A DNA stretch of 64,000 nt, taken from Geobacteraceae bacterium GWC2_55_20 (GTDB lineage Bacteria > Desulfobacterota > Desulfuromonadia > Geobacterales > Pseudopelobacteraceae). Made by a program: the position numbers and the translations under genes. The stretch is from the NCBI GenBank assembly GCA_001802125.1, contig MGZK01000130.1, forward strand, positions 243 to 64,242, written 5' to 3'. Shown here one piece after another: positions 8,167 to 18,055 of this stretch. The stretch's first letter is position 1. The number at the start of each line of letters is the position of its first letter. The notes beneath the pieces are model-generated. The model saw only the letters and a list, made by a program, of their open reading frames with translations. It searched no databases and was not told where the DNA came from.

Positions 8167-9908
8167 CAGTCGAAACTTTCGGCTACATCCAGGGTTATTT
8201 GACGTTTCAGGTACATTTCGACCTCGGTCGCGGTGGAATATTCGAAACATCCGGCAGCGATTTGAATGGCGCGTTTACGCGTGCAACGCCGCAGAATCTG
8301 CTTGACGCGCAACAGGGACCCGGCCCCCATGGACAACTCGTCAAAACCGAGACCGAGCAGTACCGGAAGATACAGAGGATCTCCCGCCATCTCACCGCAC
8401 AGGCAAGCCTCAATACCGGCGCTGTGAGCAGTATCAACGATATGCCGCAATGACCGCAAAACAGCCGGATGCAGCGGTTGATACAGCTGCGACAGCTGCT
8501 CGTTTGTGCGGTCAATGGCCAGAGTGTACTGGATCAGATCATTGGTCCCGACACTGAAGAAGTCTACTTCTTTAGCCAATAGATCCGCCATTGTCACTGC
8601 CGCCGGGATTTCAATCATAATCCCGAGCTTTATTCCGTTGTCAAATGGAATACCTGCGGCAGCCAATTCGAGCTTTGCTTCCTCAAGCAGCGCGGTTGCG
8701 GCTCGAACTTCCTCAATTCCGGATATCATCGGAAACATTATCCGGACAGGTCCTTCTGCGCTGATACGAAGAATGGCTCGCAGCTGTTTTTTGAACTCAT
8801 CCGTCATGCCGAGCGAAAGTCTGATCGCTCTCACACCCAGGGCCGGATTCTGTTCAGCATTATGATCCAACCCGTCAAGCAGCTTGTCTCCGCCGGCGTC
8901 AAGAGTCCTGACTGTCAGCGGATGCGGCTTGATCGCCTGCTGCATGGAGCGATACACCAGATACTGCTCTTCCTCATCCGGCATTTCGGATCGATTCATG
9001 AAGAGGATTTCGGTCCTGTACAAGCCGACACCAATGCCGCCATGTTTAAGTACCGAAGCGCCTTCCTCGGGGATTTCCACATTCCCCCTAAGACAAATGG
9101 CATGACCATCAAGTGTTTCAGCCGGCAGATGGGCGGTCTTGAGGAGTTCGCTTTCCACATATTCGTAGTGTTGTTTGCGGCTCAGAAAAGTCTGAAACGT
9201 TTCCCGGTCCGGGTTAACGACGACTGTACCGGCAGTTCCATCAACAATAACCGGTGCGCCATCCAGCAAAACGTCACAGACACCTTCAATCCCGGCAACG
9301 GCTGGAATCTCCAGGGCTCTTGCAAGAATGGCCGTATGCGACGTACGGCCTCCTATTTCCGTAATTACCGCCAGAATGTTATTACGATCAATCTGCAGCA
9401 TATCCGCGGGAGTAATGTCATGCGCCGCAACAATGGAACGGCTTTCATGTATCGGAAACTGCTCGGTCTTTTCTCCGCTCATGCTTTTAAACACTCGCTC
9501 AATGACCGTTTCAACATCATTGATCCGTTCTCGAAGATAGTCATCCTCGATACTGGCAAAGGCCTCGCGATAACGTTGCAGCGTTCTCTGCAAGGCACTC
9601 TCGGCGTTAATCAGTCCTGATGCTATTGTTGCTGAAGTTTCAGAGAAAAGCCGTTCATCCGACAGGATCATCAGATGAGTTTCAATAAAGAAGAGGTGAT
9701 CTTCGCCGGTGGTTTCCGCCAGGTGGGATTTCAGATGTTCAAGCTCTGCACGCGTATCAGAAATTGCAACCGTCAATCGCTCGATTTCGCAGGCCACTTC
9801 TTCCGGAAGTATCGGGTATTCCAAGATATTTATGCGTCTGCGATCTACAACACGTAATCTTCCTACGGAAATCCCTGGAGAAACGGCAATTCCCGTAAAA
9901 GATCTCAT
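8166..9908 (-). CDS. ptsI: Phosphoenolpyruvate-protein phosphotransferase (PTS enzyme I)
   Basis: Active-site region GGRTSHTAILARALEIPAV, plus FFSVGTNDLIQYTLA and the CGEMAGDP motif. The start at 9908 (MRSFTGIAVSPG) lies 1 nt after the ptsH stop and has GAGGA 6 nt upstream. Confidence 0.95.
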   Translation of the reverse strand: MRSFTGIAVSPGISVGRLRVVDRRRINILEYPILPEEVACEIERLTVAISDTRAELEHLKSHLAETTGEDHLFFIETHLMILSDERLFSETSATIASGLINAESALQRTLQRYREAFASIEDDYLRERINDVETVIERVFKSMSGEKTEQFPIHESRSIVAAHDITPADMLQIDRNNILAVITEIGGRTSHTAILARALEIPAVAGIEGVCDVLLDGAPVIVDGTAGTVVVNPDRETFQTFLSRKQHYEYVESELLKTAHLPAETLDGHAICLRGNVEIPEEGASVLKHGGIGVGLYRTEILFMNRSEMPDEEEQYLVYRSMQQAIKPHPLTVRTLDAGGDKLLDGLDHNAEQNPALGVRAIRLSLGMTDEFKKQLRAILRISAEGPVRIMFPMISGIEEVRAATALLEEAKLELAAAGIPFDNGIKLGIMIEIPAAVTMADLLAKEVDFFSVGTNDLIQYTLAIDRTNEQLSQLYQPLHPAVLRSLRHIVDTAHSAGIEACLCGEMAGDPLYLPVLLGLGFDELSMGAGSLLRVKQILRRCTRKRAIQIAAGCFEYSTATEVEMYLKRQITLDVAESFD

Positions 9909-9909
9909 A

Positions 9910-10176
9910 TCATTCCTCACCAAATCCATTGGTGATCAATTCGCTGAGTGTATTCATGGTGTCCACCTCATCAGCCCCGTCAACGGTAAGCCTGACCGTG
10001 GATCCTTTCGATGCGGCCAGCATCATGATTCCCATGATGCTCTTGCCATTTACTTCGACCCCTTCCCTGGCGAGCTTGACTTCAGACGTGAACCGGCTGG
10101 CGGTTTTTACGAACAGGGCCGAGGCGCGGGCATGAAGCCCCAATTTATTTACAATCAGAAATTCGTTCTGAAGCAT
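9910..10176 (-). CDS. ptsH: Phosphocarrier protein HPr
   Basis: 88 aa. LGLHARASA carries the His-15-type site, and GKSIMGIMMLAA carries the Ser-46-type site. Confidence 0.9.
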   Translation of the reverse strand: MLQNEFLIVNKLGLHARASALFVKTASRFTSEVKLAREGVEVNGKSIMGIMMLAASKGSTVRLTVDGADEVDTMNTLSELITNGFGEE

Positions 10177-10205
10177 GATTACCTGTTTCCTCGTTTTCTA
10201 GGTAT

Positions 10206-10598
10206 CTACTTTAAAAATTCTCCGGCGACAATAATCCCCTCGCGTCCGCACCTTTGCATCTCGGAAGCCAGTTTTGCCACATCCATACGATCGCGGCGGG
10301 AACAGAACTCCATCAACATCGGTAAATTGGCTCCGGTGACTACTTCAACACTGCCTTCTTTCAGAAATGACATTGCCATATTGGAAGGAGTGCCTCCAAA
10401 AAGATCGGTCATTATGATGGCGCCTTCAGACTGAACCTTCGCAACCGCTTCCACAACCCTTGCCATTATGTCGTCCGCGCATTCACCGGGAGCAACTTCC
10501 ACCGCTGCGCAATTTTCTATCGGGCCGACTATCATCTCCGCTGACGCCTTGAGGGCCGTTGCAAGACCGGCATGAGTAACAAGTACTAATCCTGTCAT
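10206..10598 (-). CDS. PTS EIIA component, mannose/fructose family
   Basis: 130 aa with MTGLVLVTHAGLATAL and TDLFGGTP, typical of EIIA-Man. It occupies the position seen in rpoN-linked regulatory PTS clusters. Confidence 0.8.
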   Translation of the reverse strand: MTGLVLVTHAGLATALKASAEMIVGPIENCAAVEVAPGECADDIMARVVEAVAKVQSEGAIIMTDLFGGTPSNMAMSFLKEGSVEVVTGANLPMLMEFCSRRDRMDVAKLASEMQRCGREGIIVAGEFLK

Positions 10599-11458
10599 TA
10601 GTTTCCCTTTTCAATATCCCTGTGAGTTATTCTTACTGCGGGCCAAAGTTCCTGCAAATGCATACCGGTGGCTTCCGCGACCGCCACCGAGCGATGGCGG
10701 CCGCCGGTACACCCGATGGAAATAGTCAAATAGGCTTTACCTTCCTGTCTGTGAGCCGGCAAAAGCATGTCGAGAAGCGGGAAAAAGTAATCAAAGAAAG
10801 CCGCCGTGACCGTGTTGTCAAGCACATAATCCCTTACAGAATCATCCAACCCGGATCGCGCTTTCAACTCCGGCACGAAAAACGGATTCGGCAGAAAGCG
10901 CACATCCATGACGATACTCGATTCCAGCGGCACGCCATAACGAAATCCAAAGGACTGCACTTCCACCACCAGAGTATTATCCTGGTCTTCTCCCCGGATG
11001 ATGCGGAGAATGAACTCCTTAAGCTGGTGAACATTGAATTCCGATGTATCTATGACTCTGGTGGCCATGCCACGCAGGCCGGAAAGCCGCTTGCGCTCTA
11101 TTCTGATCGCCTCGCCCACCGAACAGTGTTCATCGGCCGGATGCCTGCGACGGGTCTCCGAGTAGCGTCGCACGAGTATGTCGTCCTGCGCGTCAAAGAA
11201 GAGGATTTCCAGGCTGTGTCCGGCGGCTGCGACCTTGGAAAAAGCACTCTCGTACCCCTTAAAGAATTCCCTGCCGCGAATATCGGCCACCAGAACAATA
11301 CCCTTGAAGGGTTCGCCAGATTTATCGATCAGATCGACAAAGCGCTTGAACAACCGTACCGGCAAATTATCAATACAATAGAAGCCTTCATCCTCGAGAG
11401 CCCGTACTGCCGTGGATTTGCCGGAACCGGACATGCCTGTGATGATTATGATACGCAT
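10598..11458 (-). CDS. rapZ: RNase adapter protein RapZ (YhbJ family P-loop protein)
   Basis: Motifs are ITGMSGSGKSTA, FDAQDDILVRRYSETRRRHP and IGCTGGRHRSV. Confidence 0.9.
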   Translation of the reverse strand: MRIIIITGMSGSGKSTAVRALEDEGFYCIDNLPVRLFKRFVDLIDKSGEPFKGIVLVADIRGREFFKGYESAFSKVAAAGHSLEILFFDAQDDILVRRYSETRRRHPADEHCSVGEAIRIERKRLSGLRGMATRVIDTSEFNVHQLKEFILRIIRGEDQDNTLVVEVQSFGFRYGVPLESSIVMDVRFLPNPFFVPELKARSGLDDSVRDYVLDNTVTAAFFDYFFPLLDMLLPAHRQEGKAYLTISIGCTGGRHRSVAVAEATGMHLQELWPAVRITHRDIEKGN

Positions 11459-11461
11459 TTA

Positions 11462-12457
11462 CTACTCGACCTCGTCACCAAGTGGACGCGACTCGATACG
11501 CGCCAGCAGCAGTTCCTGAAAATCCCGGGCCGAGTGGTATCCCATGCCTTTAAGAAGATAGTTGCGCGCGGCAACTTCGATGATGGAGCCAAGGTTGCGC
11601 CCCGGCCTGATAGGAATGTAAATATGTGGTATGTCTACTCCGAGAATGGTTGTGGTGCGGTCATCGATACCAAGCCGGTCATACTCGTGTGATTCGTCCC
11701 ATTCTACCAGTTCAAGCATGATATCGATAATTTTCTTGTCGCGAATCGAAGAGACCCCATAAAGATCCTTGATACTTATGATTCCCAATCCCCTGATCTC
11801 CATCAGGTACTGGATCGACTCTTCCGCCTGGCCGACAAGCACGGCCGGCATTTTCTTTTTGATGAAGACCATGTCGTCGGCAACCAGGCGATGCCCCCTG
11901 ATCACCAGGTCCAGTGCGCACTCGCTCTTGCCGATACCGCTCTTGCCTGTCAGCAACACACCAACTCCAAGCACATCCATCAGGACACCGTGCATATAGG
12001 TGGTCGGCAGTAGCCGTTCCTCAAGAAACTTGGTAATCAGCGAAATAAAGGTTGATGACTGGTGGGGGGTGGCCAGCACAGGAATGGCGTTCTGTTCAGC
12101 CAGGTCAAGCAAGAACTGGGGTGGCCGCAACCCCTTGGTAACGATAAAACACGCTATGGGGAAACTGCAAAGATTACCCAGGTTCTCGGTAGCGACATTA
12201 ATATCAATATCATTCAGAAATGAAATCTCGGTATTGCCGAGCACCTGTATCCGATCGGGATGCAGGTGCTCGGTATAACCGTCCAACGCCAAGCCGGGCT
12301 TTTGAATACGCGAGCTGGAAACACGGTTGGCAAGTCCGCGCTCACCGGCCAAGAGCGTCAGTGCGAGACCATAGTTGGTTTCGCTCAACAACTCCTGTAT
12401 TGAAAGGGCAATTCCGTCCAAGACAATTTCCCGTAGATCAAGCCCGATGCGGCTCAA
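11462..12457 (-). CDS. hprK: HPr kinase/phosphorylase
   Basis: P-loop GKSGIGKSECALDL, plus LVADD and MEIRGLGII. It overlaps the hpf 3' end by 20 nt. Confidence 0.9.
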   Translation of the reverse strand: MSRIGLDLREIVLDGIALSIQELLSETNYGLALTLLAGERGLANRVSSSRIQKPGLALDGYTEHLHPDRIQVLGNTEISFLNDIDINVATENLGNLCSFPIACFIVTKGLRPPQFLLDLAEQNAIPVLATPHQSSTFISLITKFLEERLLPTTYMHGVLMDVLGVGVLLTGKSGIGKSECALDLVIRGHRLVADDMVFIKKKMPAVLVGQAEESIQYLMEIRGLGIISIKDLYGVSSIRDKKIIDIMLELVEWDESHEYDRLGIDDRTTTILGVDIPHIYIPIRPGRNLGSIIEVAARNYLLKGMGYHSARDFQELLLARIESRPLGDEVE

Positions 12458-12986
12458 TCAAGCCAAAGTTGCCATCTTTACGACGATAGAGGACATTGAT
12501 TTCTCCGCTGTCGGCATCAATGAACACGATAAAATCCTTGTGCAGCAAATCCATCTGCATCACGGCTTCGTCAACCGACATGGGCTTGGCTGTTTCGGTG
12601 GTGGTCTTGATCACAACCGGTTCGGCACTGGCTTCAATACTCTCGGCTTCAAATACTTTTTTGGAAAGCTGACGGGAGTGCTCATCGCCGTTTGGCTTGT
12701 GAGCCTTGATCTTTTCCTTGTAGCGTTTGAGCTGGCGTTCGATTTTATCAATAACCGCATCAATTGCCGCATACATGTCATTGGTTGCCTCGGAAGCCTT
12801 GGTGCTGACACCTTTTGCCGATATAACGATTTCAACAATGTGGCGGATCTTCTTTTCTACTGAAAAATAAACCTGCGCATTGATTGGTCCATCGATATAC
12901 TTCACCACTCTTTCGAGTTTTTCCTCCGCGTACGCCTTAAGGGCATCGCTTTGCTCCATGTGCCTGAATGTCATGGTTGTTTGCAT
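12438..12986 (-). CDS. hpf: Ribosome hibernation promoting factor, long form
   Basis: 182 aa with TFRHMEQSDALKAYAEEKLERV. The C-terminal extension carries the FIVFIDADSGEINVLYRRKDGNFGLIEP dimerisation region. It lies directly downstream of rpoN. Confidence 0.9.
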   Translation of the reverse strand: MQTTMTFRHMEQSDALKAYAEEKLERVVKYIDGPINAQVYFSVEKKIRHIVEIVISAKGVSTKASEATNDMYAAIDAVIDKIERQLKRYKEKIKAHKPNGDEHSRQLSKKVFEAESIEASAEPVVIKTTTETAKPMSVDEAVMQMDLLHKDFIVFIDADSGEINVLYRRKDGNFGLIEPHRA

Positions 12987-13043
12987 ACTATCCTCCTGTT
13001 TGTTGGGTACTGCAATATGGACGTCTGCCGTATCGACAGCGCG

Positions 13044-14483
13044 TCAAAAATGTCGCTTTCGTTCCGATGATGAACCAAATTTAAGCATTTCCCGGTATTT
13101 GGTTACAGTTCGGCGTGCAATGTTGACTGTTTGTCCCGACAGCAACTCGGCAATCTTCTGATCAGAAAGCGGCTTTTTGGGGTCTTCCTTTTCAATGATT
13201 TCCTTGATTCTGTTCTTGACGCTCTCCGAGGCGAGAAACTCGCCCTCGCTTGTGGAGAGACCGCTGTTAAAGAAGTACTTCAGCTCATACAGCCCCTGCG
13301 GAGTCTGCATGTATTTGTTGGTTGTCACCCTGCTGATGGTTGATTCGTGCATTCCGATATCTTCAGCAATATCCCTCAAAACCAGAGGACGCAGATATTC
13401 GATGCCACGGTCGAAATATTCACGCTGGAAACGGATGATACTCTTGGCAACCTTGTAGATTGTTCTCTGCCGCTGCTGAATACTCTTGATCAACCACTGG
13501 GCGGAACGAACCTTGCCGCTGATATATTCCTCGGCATGGTTATCGATTGAACCGGTTCCACGGATCTCCGTATATTGGGTGCTGACCTTGAGATTTGGCA
13601 ACCCTTCCTCGTTAAGCATCACCACATAATCGTCGCCAACCTTGTGAACAAATATATCCGGAGATATGTAGTGCACTTCATCCGAGTTGAACGATGAACC
13701 GGGGCGGGGATCAAAGCCGCCGATGATTTTGGAGGCCATCAATACCTGGTTGATGTCTACCTTAAGAGCACGTGCAATCTGCTTGTAATTACGTTTTTCA
13801 AGATCACTGATATGGTTCAGCAGTATCCCTTCAACAACGCTCCCCTTCATCCCCATGAAACGGGCCTGGATCAACAGGCATTCCCGCAAATCCCTGGCCG
13901 CGACACCGGGCGGATCGAACTCCTGGATGCACTCCAACACATCAATGACATCATCTTCCGAAGAATTGCTGGCGGCAGCGATCTCCGGCAGCGATGCCCT
14001 CAGGTAGCCGGATTCATCAATATTGCCGATGATTACCTCTCCTACCCGCACATCCATTTCGGAATACTGTCCCATATGCAACTGCCATAACAGGTGATCT
14101 ATCAATGTCCCCTGACGGGTCAGAAGATTCTCGAAAGATGGCCGGTCGTCGTCGCCACTGTACTGTTCTCCGGAACTGTAGTTATAACCATCCAGGTAGC
14201 TGTCCCAATCCCGCAGGGTTTCTTCACCTGTTTCAACTTCATGAAATTCAGTAGAATTCTCGGCCGGATCAACTTCCAGCTCGGCTGTTTCCAGAACATC
14301 CGGCTCACTAATCTCTTCAGTTTCCGCGGTTTCTTCCAGAAGCGGATTTTCCTCCAGTTCCTGGCGAACCAGATCCTGAAGTTCCAGCCGGGTCAACTGA
14401 AGCAACTTGATGGCCTGCTGCAATTGCGGCGTCATCACCAGCTGCTGAGACATCTTAAGTTGTTGGCGCATCTCCATTGCCAT
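13044..14483 (-). CDS. rpoN: RNA polymerase sigma-54 factor
   Basis: N-terminal Gln/Leu-rich region MSQQLVMTPQLQQAIKLLQL. HTH HESTISRVT. The RpoN box is ARRTVTKYR. Confidence 0.97.
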   Translation of the reverse strand: MAMEMRQQLKMSQQLVMTPQLQQAIKLLQLTRLELQDLVRQELEENPLLEETAETEEISEPDVLETAELEVDPAENSTEFHEVETGEETLRDWDSYLDGYNYSSGEQYSGDDDRPSFENLLTRQGTLIDHLLWQLHMGQYSEMDVRVGEVIIGNIDESGYLRASLPEIAAASNSSEDDVIDVLECIQEFDPPGVAARDLRECLLIQARFMGMKGSVVEGILLNHISDLEKRNYKQIARALKVDINQVLMASKIIGGFDPRPGSSFNSDEVHYISPDIFVHKVGDDYVVMLNEEGLPNLKVSTQYTEIRGTGSIDNHAEEYISGKVRSAQWLIKSIQQRQRTIYKVAKSIIRFQREYFDRGIEYLRPLVLRDIAEDIGMHESTISRVTTNKYMQTPQGLYELKYFFNSGLSTSEGEFLASESVKNRIKEIIEKEDPKKPLSDQKIAELLSGQTVNIARRTVTKYREMLKFGSSSERKRHF

Positions 14484-14569
14484 GAATCGTAAACCTCTGT
14501 CCCAACTAAACGAGACTATTGCATATTTGTAATCTAACCCAACACACGGCTGTCAACAATCGAATCGTA

Positions 14570-15310
14570 TTATAACTTAAAGTCGTCTCCAAGATAAATT
14601 TCACGAGCTTTTTTGCTGTTTGCGATTTCATCGGGAGTACCGTACTCCAGCACCTCTCCCGAGTTCATGATATAAGCCGCATCACAGACACCCAGTGTTT
14701 CCCTGACGTTATGATCCGAGATCAAGACACCGATGTTCTTGTTTTTCAACGAAACTATCAGATTCTGAATATCTCCCACCGCTATCGGGTCGATACCCGC
14801 AAACGGCTCGTCCAACAGTATAAATGAAGGATTCGTTATCAGGGCACGCGCAATTTCTACACGCCTCCGCTCACCACCGGACAGCGCATATCCCATGGAA
14901 GAGGCGATATGGGTGATACTGAACTCTTCCAGCAACTGCTGCATGCGCTGCCGGCGGAGATTCCTTTCCGGTTCGACAGTTTCAAGTATTGCAAGCAGGT
15001 TGTCCGCGACTGAAAGTTTGCGAAAGACTGACGCCTCCTGCGGTAAATAACTGATGCCGCGGCGGGCGCGCTGATACATCGGCAGCCCTGTAATTTCCTC
15101 ATCTCCCAGAAACACCTGACCTCCGTCAGGTTGCGCCAGGCCGACCACCATGTAAAATGTGGTTGTCTTGCCGGCTCCATTCGGACCAAGCAGTCCGATG
15201 ACAGCTCCGGAATGGATTGAAATATCGACACCATTGACAACCTGGCGACTGCCATAACGCTTCTGGAGTGATGTAGTCCAGAGCCGGGAGTGTTCAGCGA
15301 CCGTCTGCAT
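14570..15310 (-). CDS. lptB: LPS export ABC transporter ATP-binding protein
   Basis: Walker A GPNGAGKTT, ABC signature LSGGERRRVEIA and Walker B ILLDEPFAG. It lies between lptA and rpoN. Confidence 0.93.
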   Translation of the reverse strand: MQTVAEHSRLWTTSLQKRYGSRQVVNGVDISIHSGAVIGLLGPNGAGKTTTFYMVVGLAQPDGGQVFLGDEEITGLPMYQRARRGISYLPQEASVFRKLSVADNLLAILETVEPERNLRRQRMQQLLEEFSITHIASSMGYALSGGERRRVEIARALITNPSFILLDEPFAGIDPIAVGDIQNLIVSLKNKNIGVLISDHNVRETLGVCDAAYIMNSGEVLEYGTPDEIANSKKAREIYLGDDFKL

Positions 15311-15815
15311 TGCCCTTCCTGGAAGGCGGATTTATCACGGCCTCAACTCTGGATTTAGGGTCATCTCCGCCGGAAACAACACTTTTGTCATCATCGACAT
15401 AGTAGGTGATGGTCTTTCCGCTGATGCTGTTTCCCCCCTGCATTACCCTGGGATTGCCGGTCAAGGTGATGCGGCCGTCACTGCTGTCATAAACGGCCTG
15501 CGCAGCGGTCCCGGTCTTGTTCTGCTGTACGATACGCACATTTCCCGAAGCTTCGATCTTTTCCACATCACCTTTCTTGTCAGCATAGTTGACGGTGATC
15601 TTGTCGGCAAAGATGGTTATGTCGCCCTGTTTGGCAACGACCTTACCAGTAAACACAGCTGTCTTGCCCTTGTTGTCGGCGGTCAGTTCATTTGATTTAA
15701 TCGTGATCGGCAGACTGGAGCGGTCCTTGCGACTGGACTTGTCGGCGGGAGCGGCCAGCGCCACGGATGCCAACAGCATAAAGACCAAAACCATCAAGGA
15801 TATCTGTTTATTCAT
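15294..15815 (-). CDS. lptA: LPS transport periplasmic protein LptA (OstA-like)
   Basis: Signal peptide, then repeated beta-jellyroll-type segments such as ITIKSNELTADNKGKTAVFTGKV. It sits in the lptC-lptA-lptB context. Confidence 0.8.
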   Translation of the reverse strand: MNKQISLMVLVFMLLASVALAAPADKSSRKDRSSLPITIKSNELTADNKGKTAVFTGKVVAKQGDITIFADKITVNYADKKGDVEKIEASGNVRIVQQNKTGTAAQAVYDSSDGRITLTGNPRVMQGGNSISGKTITYYVDDDKSVVSGGDDPKSRVEAVINPPSRKGNADGR

Positions 15816-16486
15816 CGTTTTTTACCTTTACCGCGTTTCCTGACTTTTATTACCGGCTGTTTTTTTGCTGGGAGAACAGTTTTTGCCACTCTGGACACAG
15901 GTGGCGCCTTATGCAGCGATGCCCCTGCAACAGTCGCTTCAACCGTTTTCATGAAGCGGGCGCGCTGATCCTTAACATCCAACTCCATCCCGATTGCGTT
16001 GAGACTCAAACGTAGTTGCCGGAAAACAACCCGGTCGGCTGTATTGAACCGGGACTTTGATGCATTGTATTCTATCGAGTCAGTGTCAAAGGATATGCCT
16101 TCCTCCGCCTTGACATGAACCTTTCCCTGCAGCTGTATATTGTTGCTGTTACTGAAATAATCGCCACGTTCAGCGGTTACGGTTATTGCGCCGCCCAGCC
16201 TGCTGCGTGCAAGATCCATCTGGATCCCGCTAAGATGGGCCACCTCACCATTCTTGTCATACTCGACATGTTCAGCCAACAGTTCCCAAACCACCGCACC
16301 GTCCCGAATTTCACTGAAACGAGCTTTATTCAGGGCGACATCGATATTCTGGGGAAGCTGCTGAATGGCTGACTGCGACGCAACCTGTCTATGAGAACCG
16401 TTCCGGTAGATGACGGCCACGATACCGATAAACGCCGTCGTTACAATAATGACCAGCAGCGGTCTGATAAAAACGGGCGATACCAT
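15812..16486 (-). CDS. lptC: LPS export system protein LptC
   Basis: Single N-terminal TM segment and the expected size. Position lies between kdsC and lptA, with a 4-nt overlap with lptA. Confidence 0.7.
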   Translation of the reverse strand: MVSPVFIRPLLVIIVTTAFIGIVAVIYRNGSHRQVASQSAIQQLPQNIDVALNKARFSEIRDGAVVWELLAEHVEYDKNGEVAHLSGIQMDLARSRLGGAITVTAERGDYFSNSNNIQLQGKVHVKAEEGISFDTDSIEYNASKSRFNTADRVVFRQLRLSLNAIGMELDVKDQRARFMKTVEATVAGASLHKAPPVSRVAKTVLPAKKQPVIKVRKRGKGKKR

Positions 16487-16571
16487 AATAATGCGGGACT
16501 ATACCATCGAGGAGGGGGACTGTCCAGCAGAACGTGGTTCGTGACTACATTTTTGGCACAAAGATTGAAGG

Positions 16572-17087
16572 TCACAATTCATAACGGCTGGCCACCTCGT
16601 CCCAAAAGCCGCAACCTTTCAGAATCAGATCGCAAACCTCACGCACAGCCCCCTTGCCGCCCCCCTTTGAGGCCACATAATCAGCGACACTCAGAGCTTC
16701 CGGAAGCCCGTCCGCGGGAGCCGCGGAAAAAGCGACACGCCTCATGACCGGGACATCGATCACGTCATCCCCGACGTAGGCAATCTGGCTGTCAGACAGG
16801 CCGGTTTTCAGCTTTACGTCCTGATAGCTGTCCAGTTTTTTCAGGGCTCCCTGATAAACAATATTGATACCCAACTCGGCGGCACGAATTGCAACGACCT
16901 TGGATGTGCGCCCGGTAATAATGCCGACTTCGATACCGTGACGCTGCAGCATCTTTATGCCGTGGCCGTCCTTGACATTGAATACCTTGGTTTCAAGGCC
17001 GTTGCCGTCGTAGATGATTCCGCCATCGGTCATGACACCATCCACATCCAAAAGCAGCAGTTTGATATTCTTGAGTTTCTCGTTCAT
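16572..17087 (-). CDS. kdsC: 3-deoxy-D-manno-octulosonate 8-phosphate phosphatase (HAD family)
   Basis: Motifs are LLLLDVDGVMTDG, ITGR and YVGDDVID. Confidence 0.9.
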   Translation of the reverse strand: MNEKLKNIKLLLLDVDGVMTDGGIIYDGNGLETKVFNVKDGHGIKMLQRHGIEVGIITGRTSKVVAIRAAELGINIVYQGALKKLDSYQDVKLKTGLSDSQIAYVGDDVIDVPVMRRVAFSAAPADGLPEALSVADYVASKGGGKGAVREVCDLILKGCGFWDEVASRYEL

Positions 17088-18055
17088 CAGGCGATACCGG
17101 CTTTCAGAATGTCATGCAGGTGGACTATACCGCAGGGCGCGGGGCTTGAGTCGTCGTCAAAGACAAACAGCGAGGTAATGGCACGATGCTCCATGATCTG
17201 CAGTGCCGCGGCGGCGAGTTCACCGCGTTTGATGCGTAAAGGCCCGCGTTTCATGATCTCGGCGGCGCTCCGGTTCAGGATATCATACCCCTTTTCCAGC
17301 GACCGGCGCAGATCGCCGTCGGTTATCACTCCACGCAGCGCCCCGCTGCCGTCGCAGACACCGGTAACACCCAACCCCTTGGAAGTGATTACAAACAGCG
17401 CGTCCTTCATCAGCGTATCTTCCCGGACCAACGGTATGCCCTCTCCGCTGTGCATCAGGTCTTCCACCCGCAGCAGAAGTTTTTTGCCCAGAGAGCCGCC
17501 GGGATGGAAAATGGCAAAATCCTCGGCCCTGAAACCACGCTTGACCAGCAGCGCCACCGCCAGCGCGTCCCCCATCGCCAGCGCGGCTGTAGTCGAGGCG
17601 GTAGGCGCCAGTCCCAGCGGGCAGGCCTCCTCCTTGACCGATACATCCAGAAACACGTCGCTGGAGCGGGCCAGGTTTGATGTCTGGTTGCCGGTCATCG
17701 CGATGAGATGGGCGCCCAGGCGTTTGATGGAGGGGAGGATCCGCAGGATTTCCTCGGTCTCTCCACTGTTGGAAATGGCGATCACCACGTCTCCGGTCAT
17801 GATCATGCCCAGGTCACCGTGGATACCTTCGGCCGGGTGGAGAAAGAAAGCGGGAGTGCCGGTGGAGGCCATGGTGGAGGCGATTTTCTGCCCGACCAGG
17901 CCGGACTTGCCCATGCCGCTGACGATTACCCGGCCGGAACTGGCCAGGATCAAATCCACCGCATTCTCGAACGATCCATCGATGCGACCCGCCATCACGG
18001 ATAGCGCTTCCGCCTCAACCCTGATAACCCGGCGTGCCTCGGCTATCACTGTCAT
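17087..18055 (-). CDS. kdsD: Arabinose-5-phosphate isomerase (SIS + CBS pair)
   Basis: SIS domain with GMGKSG and ISNSGET. The C-terminus has CBS-like repeats. Confidence 0.9.
   Translation of the reverse strand: MTVIAEARRVIRVEAEALSVMAGRIDGSFENAVDLILASSGRVIVSGMGKSGLVGQKIASTMASTGTPAFFLHPAEGIHGDLGMIMTGDVVIAISNSGETEEILRILPSIKRLGAHLIAMTGNQTSNLARSSDVFLDVSVKEEACPLGLAPTASTTAALAMGDALAVALLVKRGFRAEDFAIFHPGGSLGKKLLLRVEDLMHSGEGIPLVREDTLMKDALFVITSKGLGVTGVCDGSGALRGVITDGDLRRSLEKGYDILNRSAAEIMKRGPLRIKRGELAAAALQIMEHRAITSLFVFDDDSSPAPCGIVHLHDILKAGIA

Noticed and set aside
7378-8250. Longer N-terminal extensions offered by the ORF track. Examples: pilD to 8250, the kinase to 7475, ptsI to 9929, kdsA to 18939, ilvC to 28163, the scpB-like gene to 33400, the membrane protein from 36588, and the CBS protein to 55426.
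   Set aside because: Each extension overlaps the upstream gene or adds non-conserved residues. An internal ATG with a Shine-Dalgarno, or a classic 1-4-nt stop/start overlap, gives the family-typical N-terminus instead.
10622-11692. 356-aa plus-strand ORF
   Set aside because: It is entirely antisense to rapZ and hprK, both of which carry unambiguous P-loop and family motifs. The product is Arg/His/Gly-rich low-complexity, typical of the reverse frame of a coding region.
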